The notes under the pieces were generated by a model, which was not told the origin of the DNA, ran no database searches, and worked only from the letters and a program-made list of their open reading frames with translations. Shown one piece after another: positions 9,739 through 19,327 of a DNA stretch of 64,000 nucleotides. A program made the position numbers and the translations under genes. The stretch spans positions 38,979 to 102,978 of the forward strand of contig NZCN01000002.1 of the NCBI GenBank assembly GCA_002688315.1, written 5' to 3'. Origin of the DNA: Candidatus Woesearchaeota archaeon. Lineage in GTDB: Archaea; Nanobdellota; Nanobdellia; Woesearchaeales; UBA10216. Numbering within the stretch: the first letter of the stretch is position 1; each line of letters opens with the position of its first letter.

Positions 9739-12003
9739 TTAAATTTTCTTGAATAAATACACAATCACAATCAACCCTAATAGTGACACTAGCATGAGTT
9801 GTTTTCTCAGTGTTGATTGCTTGCCTTGTATTGTTATTGTATGCTCGCCTGGCTCTGTCTTTACTGCTATGGTGTTGATTGCTGTTTTCCAGTATTCTGT
9901 TTCTTTTCCGTCTATTTTAACTGAAAGGTATGGACTGTGGGAATAGCTTAGCTGCAGGAAAGCATCGCTGTTTATTTTGTAATCTATTTCTGCTTTGTCT
10001 ATGCGTGTTCTTGCTTCTTTAATGTCTATTTCTAAATCTTTGCTTGCTATGAACTCATTTGAGCTGTCCTTTACTAATATCTGCCCAGCCACTCTTTTTT
10101 CAGTATCCACCTGCATTAAGTTTAGTATAGAACTTACTTCGCTGAAGTCTATGTTTCTGTCTTCAAATCTTGTTCTAAGCTCCCAAGCATGTTCTTTTTC
10201 CAATTCTGGAAAACCAGCTAGTGTTTTCTGATTTGAAGCTATTATTGGAGAATGATTTAGTTCTATTGCCTGAAAATTTCTTTCCAGTCCTAAAGCATCT
10301 TTTTTCTCTGCAAAAACTTTTTTAGCATCTTTGCCTATTTGCTCTTGATGGACTATTACTTGCTTTACTCCTAAAAGATAAAGCCCTTGCAAAGTCTCTT
10401 CTGAAAAATCCTGCTGCAAATCGTAAATTTCCTGAGCAGCTTTGGTTGAGATTGAAGCAGCATATCCTGTGCTTCTTGGCGCGCTTTCTATTAGTGCTCC
10501 AAACAATGCCTCATCTTTGTTGAAAAGATAAGGCTCACCTTGCCAAAAAATCCTTCTGTTTGTTGATAAGTCCAGGATTCTCTCGCCACTTCCAGCTTTT
10601 ATTTCATTGTAAAACGATTCTTTGTAGCTAAAGTCAGGATATCCGAGCTGCAAAGTAGCAGGCACCATGTCTACAATCATTATTGCTAATATCAGGAATA
10701 GCAGTTTTCTGCTGTCAAACTTCAATTTCTTATTCAGATACATAAACCCATACCCTGCACTTAAGCTGAGCATTAGCAGCATTACTGGAGCATATCTTGT
10801 TGTTTGTATTATTAACAAAATTACTACAGTCAGTGTAGTTACTGTTATTGCGAACTTGCGTTGCTTGCTTAAGTAGTACATTCCTAAAATGCTTAATAGC
10901 AGCGAGCTAAGCCCTAGATAATACAGTTGTTTTGCTCCCCATTTTCCTGGCCATGAAACCATTTCTTTTACCACTTCAATCCTTGGAGCTTTTGGCATAA
11001 ATATTTCCAAAGTTTTGTCAGTGCCGCTTGTTTCTGCTTTTTCCACAAGCATAGGCACAGTCCAGAAAGATATCAAAACAAATGCAAGCAGCAAGCTTAT
11101 CACCATCTCAGGCGAGATTTCTTTAAGTTTGCGTTCTTCAATTGCTTTAAAGCCAGCATACAAAACAAATATTGCTACAATAAACACAGAATCAGGATGA
11201 TTAAACATTAGAAGAGCAACAATTGCCGCTATTCCAGCTACTGCTTTATTTGTGCTTAATTTTTTATTCAGCCTTAGCGAGTACACAAGGAAAAGCAATG
11301 GCGTTAAAAAGTAAGTTAGTGAGGTTATGCTTCTCCCAATCATTACTCTTGCCATGTGCTCAAAACTCAAGCCGTATACAAGCGCTGATATTATTGCTAT
11401 CTTGCTGTTGTTTGTTGTAACCTTGACGAATTTGTACATTAGCAAGGCACTGCCAAGGTGCAGTAAGAAAAACATTATTTTGTTAGTCCAGTTTATTCCG
11501 ACAAAGATGTTTACTATTGCAAATACGAAAGAATGAAGCCATCCATAAAATGCGAAAGGCGCGCTTCCCATATACCAGTAAAATGTCCAGAAAGGATATG
11601 TTAATGAAGTAAGCGCTTGCTTTACATAAACAATTAATGCAGAGAACTGCATTGCATCTCCTAAAACAACATCTCCTTTTGAAAGGTAAGCAAGTGTTGC
11701 TAAAGAAATCAGTACAGCTACTATACTCCATTCTCTTTTTTTCTTTTCTAAGCGGTCATACAGCTCAGTAAAATACCCTTGCTTTAATGCAAGCAGCATG
11801 ACAGCTGTAAGTAAGCCAAGAATTGCTATTGTTAACGACAAGCTTAAGCTAGTGCAACTTTGCAATGCACTGCTAATTGAAGAAGAAAACAATCCGTTTT
11901 CCAAAGCACAGTTTCTAACATTTGGTGCAAGAAAAAGCTGCAAGTAAGCAAACACCAAAATCCACGCTATCCCTCCAACATGGTAATACTTTGAAACTTT
12001 CAT
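9739..12003 (-). CDS. Large polytopic membrane protein with C-terminal soluble domain (YfhO/GT-C-like)
   Basis: 754 aa. N-terminal ~450 aa is multi-TM, followed by a ~300 aa hydrophilic domain and a final TM ('LMLVSLLGLIVIVYLF'). Abuts the Dpm1-like GT2 with no gap. Confidence 0.4.
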   Translation of the reverse strand: MKVSKYYHVGGIAWILVFAYLQLFLAPNVRNCALENGLFSSSISSALQSCTSLSLSLTIAILGLLTAVMLLALKQGYFTELYDRLEKKKREWSIVAVLISLATLAYLSKGDVVLGDAMQFSALIVYVKQALTSLTYPFWTFYWYMGSAPFAFYGWLHSFVFAIVNIFVGINWTNKIMFFLLHLGSALLMYKFVKVTTNNSKIAIISALVYGLSFEHMARVMIGRSITSLTYFLTPLLFLVYSLRLNKKLSTNKAVAGIAAIVALLMFNHPDSVFIVAIFVLYAGFKAIEERKLKEISPEMVISLLLAFVLISFWTVPMLVEKAETSGTDKTLEIFMPKAPRIEVVKEMVSWPGKWGAKQLYYLGLSSLLLSILGMYYLSKQRKFAITVTTLTVVILLIIQTTRYAPVMLLMLSLSAGYGFMYLNKKLKFDSRKLLFLILAIMIVDMVPATLQLGYPDFSYKESFYNEIKAGSGERILDLSTNRRIFWQGEPYLFNKDEALFGALIESAPRSTGYAASISTKAAQEIYDLQQDFSEETLQGLYLLGVKQVIVHQEQIGKDAKKVFAEKKDALGLERNFQAIELNHSPIIASNQKTLAGFPELEKEHAWELRTRFEDRNIDFSEVSSILNLMQVDTEKRVAGQILVKDSSNEFIASKDLEIDIKEARTRIDKAEIDYKINSDAFLQLSYSHSPYLSVKIDGKETEYWKTAINTIAVKTEPGEHTITIQGKQSTLRKQLMLVSLLGLIVIVYLFKKI

Positions 12004-12855
12004 TTAGACCTTTCTGAACAGCACTCTTGAAAGAACTTTAAGATAGCTTGGCGCGAGGCCCAGCACTTTGAAATCTGACTTTCCGTGTGAGCGTTGTATC
12101 CATGCAACAGGTATCTCTACTACTTTATATCCCTTAACATATGGAAAAAGCCCTGTTTCTGCATTGATTGCAAAATCATTGCTTTTCCATTTGATGCTTT
12201 TTACGATTTCTGCTTTGTAAAGCTTGAAATTATTTGTTAAGTCATGGCATTTGATTCCTAAGACATTCCTAAGCAGGATATGATACATCCTGTTTGTAAT
12301 CCTTTTCAACAGAGGATAATTAACCAGTTTTCCTTCTGGCATGTATCTTGAGCCTATCACTAAATCATAGCCTTCTTTTGTTTTTTCAATAAATCTTTGC
12401 AAGTCAGGAACATTATGGATAAAGTCAGAGTCCATTGTCAACACCCAGTCTGCTTTTTCACTTACGTTTCTAAACCCGTCTTTTAGGGCTCTTCCAACAC
12501 CGCATGGCGGCTGCCTGTTAATCAGCTTTATTTTGCTGTGCTTTTTCATTAGCTTTCTGGCAACTTCTTCTGTTTTGTCTGCGCTTGCGTCATTAACAAC
12601 CAGGATTTCAAGAATATGCTTGTTGTAGCTCTTTATTAAGCCAGGTATTAGCTTAGCTATGTTTTCTTCTTCATTATGTGCTGCCAACACGACAGAAAGC
12701 TTCATTTTAAGTGTGTAAATGACAAATTTTTTAAAAAGCTTGCTAATTCGTTTACCCATGGCTAAGGTTTTGGTTACTGGAGGAGCTGGTTTTATAGGCT
12801 CTTTTATAGTGGATGAACTTGTCAAAGAAGGCAATGAAGTTGTTATTCTTGACAA
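12004..12855 (-). CDS. GT2 glycosyltransferase, Dpm1-like dolichyl-phosphate sugar synthase; likely start ~12705 (MKLSVVLAAHNEE)
   Basis: 'LSVVLAAHNEEENI', 'VVNDASADKT' and 'LTMDSDFIHNVPDL' (DxD). The stop abuts the start of the downstream membrane protein. Confidence 0.75.
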   Translation of the reverse strand: MSRITTSLPSLTSSSTIKEPIKPAPPVTKTLAMGKRISKLFKKFVIYTLKMKLSVVLAAHNEEENIAKLIPGLIKSYNKHILEILVVNDASADKTEEVARKLMKKHSKIKLINRQPPCGVGRALKDGFRNVSEKADWVLTMDSDFIHNVPDLQRFIEKTKEGYDLVIGSRYMPEGKLVNYPLLKRITNRMYHILLRNVLGIKCHDLTNNFKLYKAEIVKSIKWKSNDFAINAETGLFPYVKGYKVVEIPVAWIQRSHGKSDFKVLGLAPSYLKVLSRVLFRKV

Positions 12856-13870
12856 TCTTGAGCCTCAAGTCCATCAAGGAAACACTCCTGACTACATAAA
12901 CAATTCAGCCAAGTTTGTTAAAGGCAGTGTTCTTGACTTTGAGCTTTTCAAAAAAACAGTGGAAGACGCTGATGTAATCTTACACCAGGCTGCTATGGTT
13001 GGCGTAGGCCAGTCAATGTACCAAGTTTCTCGTTACTCTTCTGCTAATGTTATAGGAACTGCTTACCTCCTTGACATTCTCGCAAATGAAAAGCACAATG
13101 TAAAAAAGGTTTTGGTTGCAGCTTCTATGAGCAGTTATGGCGAAGGCTCTTACAAATGCGAATCCTGCGGGATTGTATCTCCGCCATTAAGAACAGAAGA
13201 GCAGATGAAATCAAAGAAATGGGAGCTAATTTGTAGTTGCGGAAAGCAGCTCGTTCCTATTCCTACTCCCGAGTCCAAGCCATTGCATCCTAACAGTGTC
13301 TACGCAATTACCAAGCAGAATCAGGAGCAAATGGTATTAACAGTTTGCCAGGCTTACGGTATTCCTGCTGTCGCACTGCGGTATTTTAACGTTTACGGCC
13401 CAAGGCAGTCTCTTTCCAATCCTTACACTGGTGTTGCTGCTATTTTCATGAGCCGCATCAAAAATAATAATCCGCCTACTATTTTCGAAAACGGCGGTCA
13501 AAGCAGGGATTTTGTTTCTGTTCACGACATAGTCCAGGCAAATCTTTTGGCTATGAAGTCAAGTGCTGCGGATTATGAAGTTTTGAATGTTGGTTCAGGC
13601 GCTCAAACAACAATAAAAAACGTTGCCGACACTCTTATTAAGCTCTACGGAAAAGAATTTGTTCCGCAGATTACTAGCAGCTTCAGGAAAGGCGATGTAA
13701 GACATTGCTTCGCTGACATTTCAAAAATTAAAAAGCTGCTTAACTTTGAGCCTAAGGTTTCTTTCGAGCAGGGAATGCAGGAGCTTATAGATTGGGGCTC
13801 TTCGCAAAAGTCGGATGATAAAGTTGACCAAGCCACCCAGGAACTTAGGGATAAGGGCTTGATGGAATAA
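12719..13870 (+). CDS. NAD-dependent nucleotide-sugar epimerase/dehydratase (SDR) with a Cys4 zinc-ribbon-like insertion; likely start ~12758 (MAKVLVTGG)
   Basis: 'VLVTGGAGFIGS' Rossmann motif and 'YAITKQNQ' (YxxxK). Insertion 'YKCESCGIVSPP...ELICSCGKQ' (CxxC...CxC). Confidence 0.75.
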   Translation: MTNFLKSLLIRLPMAKVLVTGGAGFIGSFIVDELVKEGNEVVILDNLEPQVHQGNTPDYINNSAKFVKGSVLDFELFKKTVEDADVILHQAAMVGVGQSMYQVSRYSSANVIGTAYLLDILANEKHNVKKVLVAASMSSYGEGSYKCESCGIVSPPLRTEEQMKSKKWELICSCGKQLVPIPTPESKPLHPNSVYAITKQNQEQMVLTVCQAYGIPAVALRYFNVYGPRQSLSNPYTGVAAIFMSRIKNNNPPTIFENGGQSRDFVSVHDIVQANLLAMKSSAADYEVLNVGSGAQTTIKNVADTLIKLYGKEFVPQITSSFRKGDVRHCFADISKIKKLLNFEPKVSFEQGMQELIDWGSSQKSDDKVDQATQELRDKGLME

Positions 13871-13876
13871 GAATTC

Positions 13877-14305
13877 TTACGCTAGCTCAACAACTTTTAC
13901 CTTAAAATTAAGTGTTTTTCCTGCAAGCGGATGGTTTAAGTCTAGCGTTACTTCTGTTTCTGTAACTTCTGCCACTTTTACAGGTATTTGCTGTCCGTCA
14001 GGGCTTTGCAGTCTTAGCATCATTCCTGCTTTTACTTCTTTGTCAGGAGGAAACTGCGCTTTTGGAACCTTTTTCAGCATGCTTGGATTGTGGTCTCCGT
14101 AAGCTTCTGCTGGAGGAATTTTAACGTCTTTTTCTATTCCTTTTTCCATGCCTACGATTGCATTGTCAAGCCCTTTGATTATATTGCCTGAGCCAACTTC
14201 AAACTCAAGTGGTTTGCCGTGCTTCTCAGAACTGTCAAACACTGTTCCGTCTTCAAACGTTCCAGTATAGTCAATTTTTACTTTGTCGCCTTTCTTTACA
14301 GCCAT
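13877..14305 (-). CDS. FKBP-type peptidyl-prolyl cis-trans isomerase (short SlyD/FkpA-like)
   Basis: 'GDKVKIDYTGTFEDGTVFDSS' and 'LEFEVGSGNIIKGLDNAIVGMEKG' are classic FKBP signature blocks. Confidence 0.85.
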   Translation of the reverse strand: MAVKKGDKVKIDYTGTFEDGTVFDSSEKHGKPLEFEVGSGNIIKGLDNAIVGMEKGIEKDVKIPPAEAYGDHNPSMLKKVPKAQFPPDKEVKAGMMLRLQSPDGQQIPVKVAEVTETEVTLDLNHPLAGKTLNFKVKVVELA

Positions 14306-14404
14306 TATTATCGTTTTTTAGAGAATCTGATGTGTTATTTAAGTGTTTAGGTTAGTCCTTTTATTCAGAAACCTTTAAAAAAAGCTCTGACAACGTTTGT
14401 CCCA

Positions 14405-16075
14405 ATGACAACTGTCCTTGGTTTAACAGGGCTTGAGCCTTACAGCGAGAACACTCATGATTCCAGTGCGTGCATTACTGACAAAGCTAAGATAATTGGC
14501 GCTGTTTCTGAAGAGCGCTTTACCAGAAACAGACATCATGCTGGTTTTCCCTGGATGAGTGTTAATTACCTCTTAAAGTTGGGATACTTGTATTCTGATG
14601 TTGATGCTGTTGCAATTCCCTGGCCATTGGAGAAAAACACTTCTAAGAAATTAAAAATTGTCAAACAGCTTTATAGCGCAATTCCAAGATTTAAGGCAGA
14701 ATTCCACAGGCCTATTTTACCTTTTGAAAAGAAAAAGATAATTGGAATAGGACACCAGCGCGCTCATGCTGCTTCTGCCTACAGAACTTCTGGTTTTAAG
14801 AAAGCATTAGTTGTTTCTCTTGACCTTGGCGGTTCTGAGGAAGATGTAGTTAACGCTGAAGGCGGCATCTTTGTTGGCGAAAATGGAAACTTGAAAAGAA
14901 TAAAAGCATTTACTTCAGGTTTTGGAATGTTTTACGCTTTTGTAACTGAAGGCCTTGGTTTCAGAGCTGTTGATGGAGAAGGAAAAACTATGGGCTTGGC
15001 AGCATATGGCGACCCTCATACTGGCGCTTACAAAAGTTTAAAGAATTATGCTTCAACAGTAAGAGGAATTGATTTAATAAAGCAGAAAAGAAACTTTAAA
15101 GCAAGCTTTGCTGTAGTAAACAATTATCAACGCTTTGTTTTTAATGATTTGAACCGTATTCGCTCATTGGTTAAGCGCTTTTCTGATAAGGATGTTGCTG
15201 CTGCTGCCCAAAAAATTCTTGAGGAGCGCGTTACAGAACTGATTGAAAATGCTTTGAAAGAAACAGGAATGAACAAGCTTTGCCTTGCTGGAAGAGTTTT
15301 CCTGAATGTCAAGCTTAATAAAAAACTCAGAGAGCTTAAGAAAGTTAAAGACATTTACATTTATCCAAATCCTGGTGATGCAGGAACTGTTGTTGGAGCA
15401 GCTCTTGAAGCTCATCACAATCTTACTGGAGAAAAAACTATTCCCCAAGTTGAAAACAATGTTTACCTAGGTCCAGAATACAGTGATTCTGAAATTGAAG
15501 CAGTTTTAAAGAAGAATCGCGGTTTGTCTTACAGGAAAACTTCTGACCCTTCAGGAGATGCTGCTGAGCTTATCAGCAGAGGAAGAATTATCGGATGGTT
15601 CCAGGGAAGAATGGAATGGAGTTCCAGAGCTCTTGGTGCAAGGTCTATTCTTGCTGCCCCGCATGATGTTAAAATTAAAGAAAAGCTTAATTCCAGATTA
15701 AAACAGCAGGACTTCTCTGCTTTTGCTCCTTCAATACTTTTGAGAGATGCTCATGAATACCTGAAAAACCCGTCTGAAAGCCCTTTCATGCTTATGGCTT
15801 ATGATGTTTTGCTTAAAGCAAGAGATGATATTGCTGCTACAGTTCATACTGACAATACTGTTGTTCCGCAAACAGTAACTAAAGAGCAAAATCCTTTGTA
15901 TTATGATTTGATAAGAGAGTATGATAAGATGACTGGTGTTCCTGCTGTTCTTCACACTTCTTTAAGGAGGCATAATTGGCCTATTGTTTGCACTCCTGAA
16001 GATGCTTTGGATTATTTATTTATGAAATGCGTGGATTATCTTGTAATAGGCAATTTTATCGTTAAGCTTAAATAG
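14405..16075 (+). CDS. Carbamoyltransferase, NodU/CmcH family
   Basis: N-terminus 'VLGLTGL...HDSSACITDKAKIIGAVSEERFTRNRHHAGFP'. 556 aa length and overall pattern match NodU/CmcH O-carbamoyltransferases. Paralog at 49465..51192. Confidence 0.85.
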   Translation: MTTVLGLTGLEPYSENTHDSSACITDKAKIIGAVSEERFTRNRHHAGFPWMSVNYLLKLGYLYSDVDAVAIPWPLEKNTSKKLKIVKQLYSAIPRFKAEFHRPILPFEKKKIIGIGHQRAHAASAYRTSGFKKALVVSLDLGGSEEDVVNAEGGIFVGENGNLKRIKAFTSGFGMFYAFVTEGLGFRAVDGEGKTMGLAAYGDPHTGAYKSLKNYASTVRGIDLIKQKRNFKASFAVVNNYQRFVFNDLNRIRSLVKRFSDKDVAAAAQKILEERVTELIENALKETGMNKLCLAGRVFLNVKLNKKLRELKKVKDIYIYPNPGDAGTVVGAALEAHHNLTGEKTIPQVENNVYLGPEYSDSEIEAVLKKNRGLSYRKTSDPSGDAAELISRGRIIGWFQGRMEWSSRALGARSILAAPHDVKIKEKLNSRLKQQDFSAFAPSILLRDAHEYLKNPSESPFMLMAYDVLLKARDDIAATVHTDNTVVPQTVTKEQNPLYYDLIREYDKMTGVPAVLHTSLRRHNWPIVCTPEDALDYLFMKCVDYLVIGNFIVKLK

Positions 16076-16081
16076 CAAGAT

Positions 16082-16891
16082 TTGTTTGCTTCTTTTATGG
16101 TGAAACCAACAATAACTGTTTCAATAATAGCTTATAACGAAGAATCGAATATCAAGCGCTGCCTGGATTCTGTTTCTTCCTTAGTTGATGAGATTGTTGT
16201 TGTGCATGACGGCCCTTGTTCTGATAACACTTTAAAGATAGCAAAGAAATACACAAAAAAAGTTTTTATTCAGCCAAGAATCGGTGAAGCTGAACCTCAC
16301 AGAACATTTGCAATGGAACAGGCAACTTCTGAATGGGTTTTAACATTAGATGCTGATGAGTATCTTTCTCCTCAACTGCAAAAAAATATCAAAAGTCTTG
16401 TTAAGGATAATAGCGTTGATGGCTATGAGTTTTACTGGTCTTTTTATGACAAAGGCCATCAAATCACTTCAGGCCCGCTTTCCAAAGGCTTTCGCTTGGC
16501 TTTGTTTAGAAAAGCAAAAACTGTTGCTCCGAAAAAGTTTCATGAATGGTATAAGGTCAGAGGAAATGTCAAACGCTTGAACCTCACTCTTGAGCACACT
16601 GTTCCTTACGACAACTGGCAGTTTTCCGGCTTTAAGCGTAAGAACTGGCCTCGAGCTCGCTACGATGCCCGCCATAGAATCTTGTACGGCTATGCAAAAA
16701 TGCCTTTCTTTTTTTATCTGATTAAAGCAATGTTATGGTTTACTCTCCTAATGCCGTATAATTTTGTTTATCAAAAAAGCTTTCTTCATGGCTCTTTGGG
16801 TTTGAGAATGGCTTTCCAGGTTGCTTTTTACAATTTTCTCGTTTACTTTTACATTTTCAAATACAAAATAACAAAAAAATACCCGTTCTAA
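16082..16891 (+). CDS. GT2 glycosyltransferase with C-terminal TM segment
   Basis: 'ITVSIIAYNEESNI', 'LTLDADEYLSP' (DxD) and a hydrophobic C-terminus. Confidence 0.65.
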   Translation: MFASFMVKPTITVSIIAYNEESNIKRCLDSVSSLVDEIVVVHDGPCSDNTLKIAKKYTKKVFIQPRIGEAEPHRTFAMEQATSEWVLTLDADEYLSPQLQKNIKSLVKDNSVDGYEFYWSFYDKGHQITSGPLSKGFRLALFRKAKTVAPKKFHEWYKVRGNVKRLNLTLEHTVPYDNWQFSGFKRKNWPRARYDARHRILYGYAKMPFFFYLIKAMLWFTLLMPYNFVYQKSFLHGSLGLRMAFQVAFYNFLVYFYIFKYKITKKYPF

Positions 16892-16896
16892 AGCAT

Positions 16897-18315
16897 TTAA
16901 AATTGGAAGTAAATAAATGCCTGGCTTAAGCTTGGTGTAAACAAGAATAAAAGCAATAAAACAAACGCAACGTAAACTGTCCAGTGGCTTAATTTTAATG
17001 AATTCACCTTATAAATGATATTGTGAACTTTATATGAAAAAACATGCAAGTAAATGAATGTTATCATAAGGAGAATTGCGAACTTGTTTGCCAGCAAAAA
17101 AGGAATTATTTCAGATACGCCTGCAGAAAAAAAGTCTAAGAACAGGAATTTCTTTATGGCAAACATCAAATGATCAAAGTTTCCAACCCTGAAAATAAGC
17201 CAGCCTAAAAATATGAAATATTGAGTGATAAAGATAGAAACAACCCTGCTTTTGATTATGTTGAATCTGCCTGTAATCCATTTATGAATTACTAGCAGTG
17301 TTCCATGATAAGCTCCCCAGATAACAAAGTTCCACGCAGCGCCATGCCATAGCCCTCCTAAAAGCATTGTTATCATTAAATTAATGACAGTTCTGGATTT
17401 TCCTTTTCTATTGCCTCCAAGTGGAATGTACAGGTAGTCTCTAAGCCATGTTGAAAGAGATATATGCCATCTGCTCCAAAAATCTGAAGGATTGCGCGCA
17501 AAATAAGGCTTGTTAAAATTCTTAGGCAATCTAAATCCAAGTATTCTTGCAGCACCAATTGCAATGTCAGTATATCCTGAAAAATCACAATAAATCTGTA
17601 TTCCAAACGCCAAAGTTCCAAGTATTATGTGGAAAGAGCTTAAGCCAGTTGGGTCAGAGAAGATTGAGTCAACAAAAGGAGCAAGATTATCTGCGAAAAT
17701 AACTTTCTTAACCAAACCCCAGCTAATGTAGGTTAAGCCAAGTTTTAAATTGTCTGCAACTATTGTAACTCTATTTTCTAATTGAGGCAAAAATTCAGAA
17801 GCTCTTACAATAGGACCTGCCACAAGTTGTGGGAAGAAAGAAACGAAAAGCGCGTATTTTAAAAACGAATTTGAAGGGGTTAACTTTCTTCTGTAGATGT
17901 CAATAGTATAACTCATTGTCTGAAAAGTGAAAAAAGATATTCCTACAGGAAGAACTATGTTTAAAGCGCTTAACGAAGGGCTTGCTCCAAACAAGTTCCC
18001 TATGTCATTAGCTACTCCTATTGTAAAATTCGCGTACTTAAAAAAAGCAAGCACTCCTAAATTACCGATTACGCTTAGGATGAGAAAAAATTTTCTTTTT
18101 CGCAATGATTCATTTTCATATATCTTTCTTCCAATGTAAAAGTCTAGCACTGAAGAAAACAAAAGAAGAACAAACAGCAAACCACTGTCTGCATAGTAAA
18201 AAAAGTAGCTTGCAACAACCAAAAGAGATAATCTTAACCTGTTTTTCCTGAATAATTCAATAACCAGGAGCAGAACAATCATAAAGATTGCAAATTGTAT
18301 TGAGTTGAATAGCAT
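16897..18315 (-). CDS. MBOAT-family membrane O-acyltransferase (AlgI/DltB-like)
   Basis: 'WHISLSTWLRDYLYIPLGGNRKG' containing the conserved MBOAT His, plus 'GPIVRASEFLPQL'. ~10 TM helices. Confidence 0.8.
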   Translation of the reverse strand: MLFNSIQFAIFMIVLLLVIELFRKNRLRLSLLVVASYFFYYADSGLLFVLLLFSSVLDFYIGRKIYENESLRKRKFFLILSVIGNLGVLAFFKYANFTIGVANDIGNLFGASPSLSALNIVLPVGISFFTFQTMSYTIDIYRRKLTPSNSFLKYALFVSFFPQLVAGPIVRASEFLPQLENRVTIVADNLKLGLTYISWGLVKKVIFADNLAPFVDSIFSDPTGLSSFHIILGTLAFGIQIYCDFSGYTDIAIGAARILGFRLPKNFNKPYFARNPSDFWSRWHISLSTWLRDYLYIPLGGNRKGKSRTVINLMITMLLGGLWHGAAWNFVIWGAYHGTLLVIHKWITGRFNIIKSRVVSIFITQYFIFLGWLIFRVGNFDHLMFAIKKFLFLDFFSAGVSEIIPFLLANKFAILLMITFIYLHVFSYKVHNIIYKVNSLKLSHWTVYVAFVLLLLFLFTPSLSQAFIYFQF

Positions 18316-18316
18316 T

Positions 18317-19327
18317 TTACGGCTCTAGTGTTTTTATTACTTCTAATCCCAATTCTTTTGAAAAAACTTCTTTCCCGTTAACATTCAAATGGTGCCCGTC
18401 ATAAAAGTAGGACTCATTATACTGAAGGGTGTAATCTATCACCTCAACATCATATTGCTCAGAAACTTCATCCAAGAAAACATCAAAATTATTCTTGTAT
18501 TCTTCAGGTATTTTCTCAACCAATCCAGGATTTAAGGGTATCTTTACTATGATGACTTTTATTTTGTTTTTCAATAATTCCTTAACAATAATCTCAAAAG
18601 CAAGTTTCTCTGAATTTTCTCCTTCAGGAACACTGTATTCGTTAAAATCTTCTTTTGCTTCCAGCTTCATTGCAAATTCAGGATCTTGCAATTCCTCAAA
18701 TTGCAGTAAAATACCTTCAGATTTAAAATCTGAATTGTATTTCTTGTAGAAACCAGGCTTTTTTGCTTTGAATACTGCATGCTTAAGCAATTCAAAATTA
18801 TTATCTGTTGCAGGGTTAATGAATTTCCTCTTGTATATCAATAGCTCTAACTTGTTCTTGCCTAGCAATTCCCTGTAAGTTTCATTATACACAGTTAAGT
18901 CTCTTAAATCAACGTATTTTGATATTAGCGCGTATTGGTCGTCCGGGAAAAGCCAGTGCCCGCTTAAGCTCATGTAGCCAAGGCCTATCACTACTGCTTT
19001 TGGTTTTGATTTGATTGCAGCTTCGAGTTCTGCAATTCTTCTCAAGGGAGTTGATGCAGGGTTTCCAAGGTTATAATGCGTAAACGAGTCATCCAAATCA
19101 TCTATTATGTTAGCGTCAACATCTTCTTTTATGGAAGATGCGCCCCAATAGTAAACTTTATCAGCTTCCTTCTCTTTCTCATAGAATTCAAACAGCATCG
19201 GAGCTCTGTTTAAGTCAGAATAATTTTCTAAGTAAGGGTCAACGTAAAATTTTATTGCAAGAAAATAAATTGAGAATGAAATAAGTAGTGCAAGCAACAG
19301 AAATATAATTATTCTTATTTTTCCCAT
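18317..19327 (-). CDS. Membrane-anchored SGNH-like protein, probable partner of the MBOAT (AlgJ/AlgX/DltD-type O-acetyltransferase)
   Basis: N-terminal TM, 'DGHHLNVNGKEVFS' (SGNH Asp/His block), 'YYWGASSI'. Stop/start overlaps the MBOAT and GT4 neighbours. Confidence 0.5.
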   Translation of the reverse strand: MGKIRIIIFLLLALLISFSIYFLAIKFYVDPYLENYSDLNRAPMLFEFYEKEKEADKVYYWGASSIKEDVDANIIDDLDDSFTHYNLGNPASTPLRRIAELEAAIKSKPKAVVIGLGYMSLSGHWLFPDDQYALISKYVDLRDLTVYNETYRELLGKNKLELLIYKRKFINPATDNNFELLKHAVFKAKKPGFYKKYNSDFKSEGILLQFEELQDPEFAMKLEAKEDFNEYSVPEGENSEKLAFEIIVKELLKNKIKVIIVKIPLNPGLVEKIPEEYKNNFDVFLDEVSEQYDVEVIDYTLQYNESYFYDGHHLNVNGKEVFSKELGLEVIKTLEP

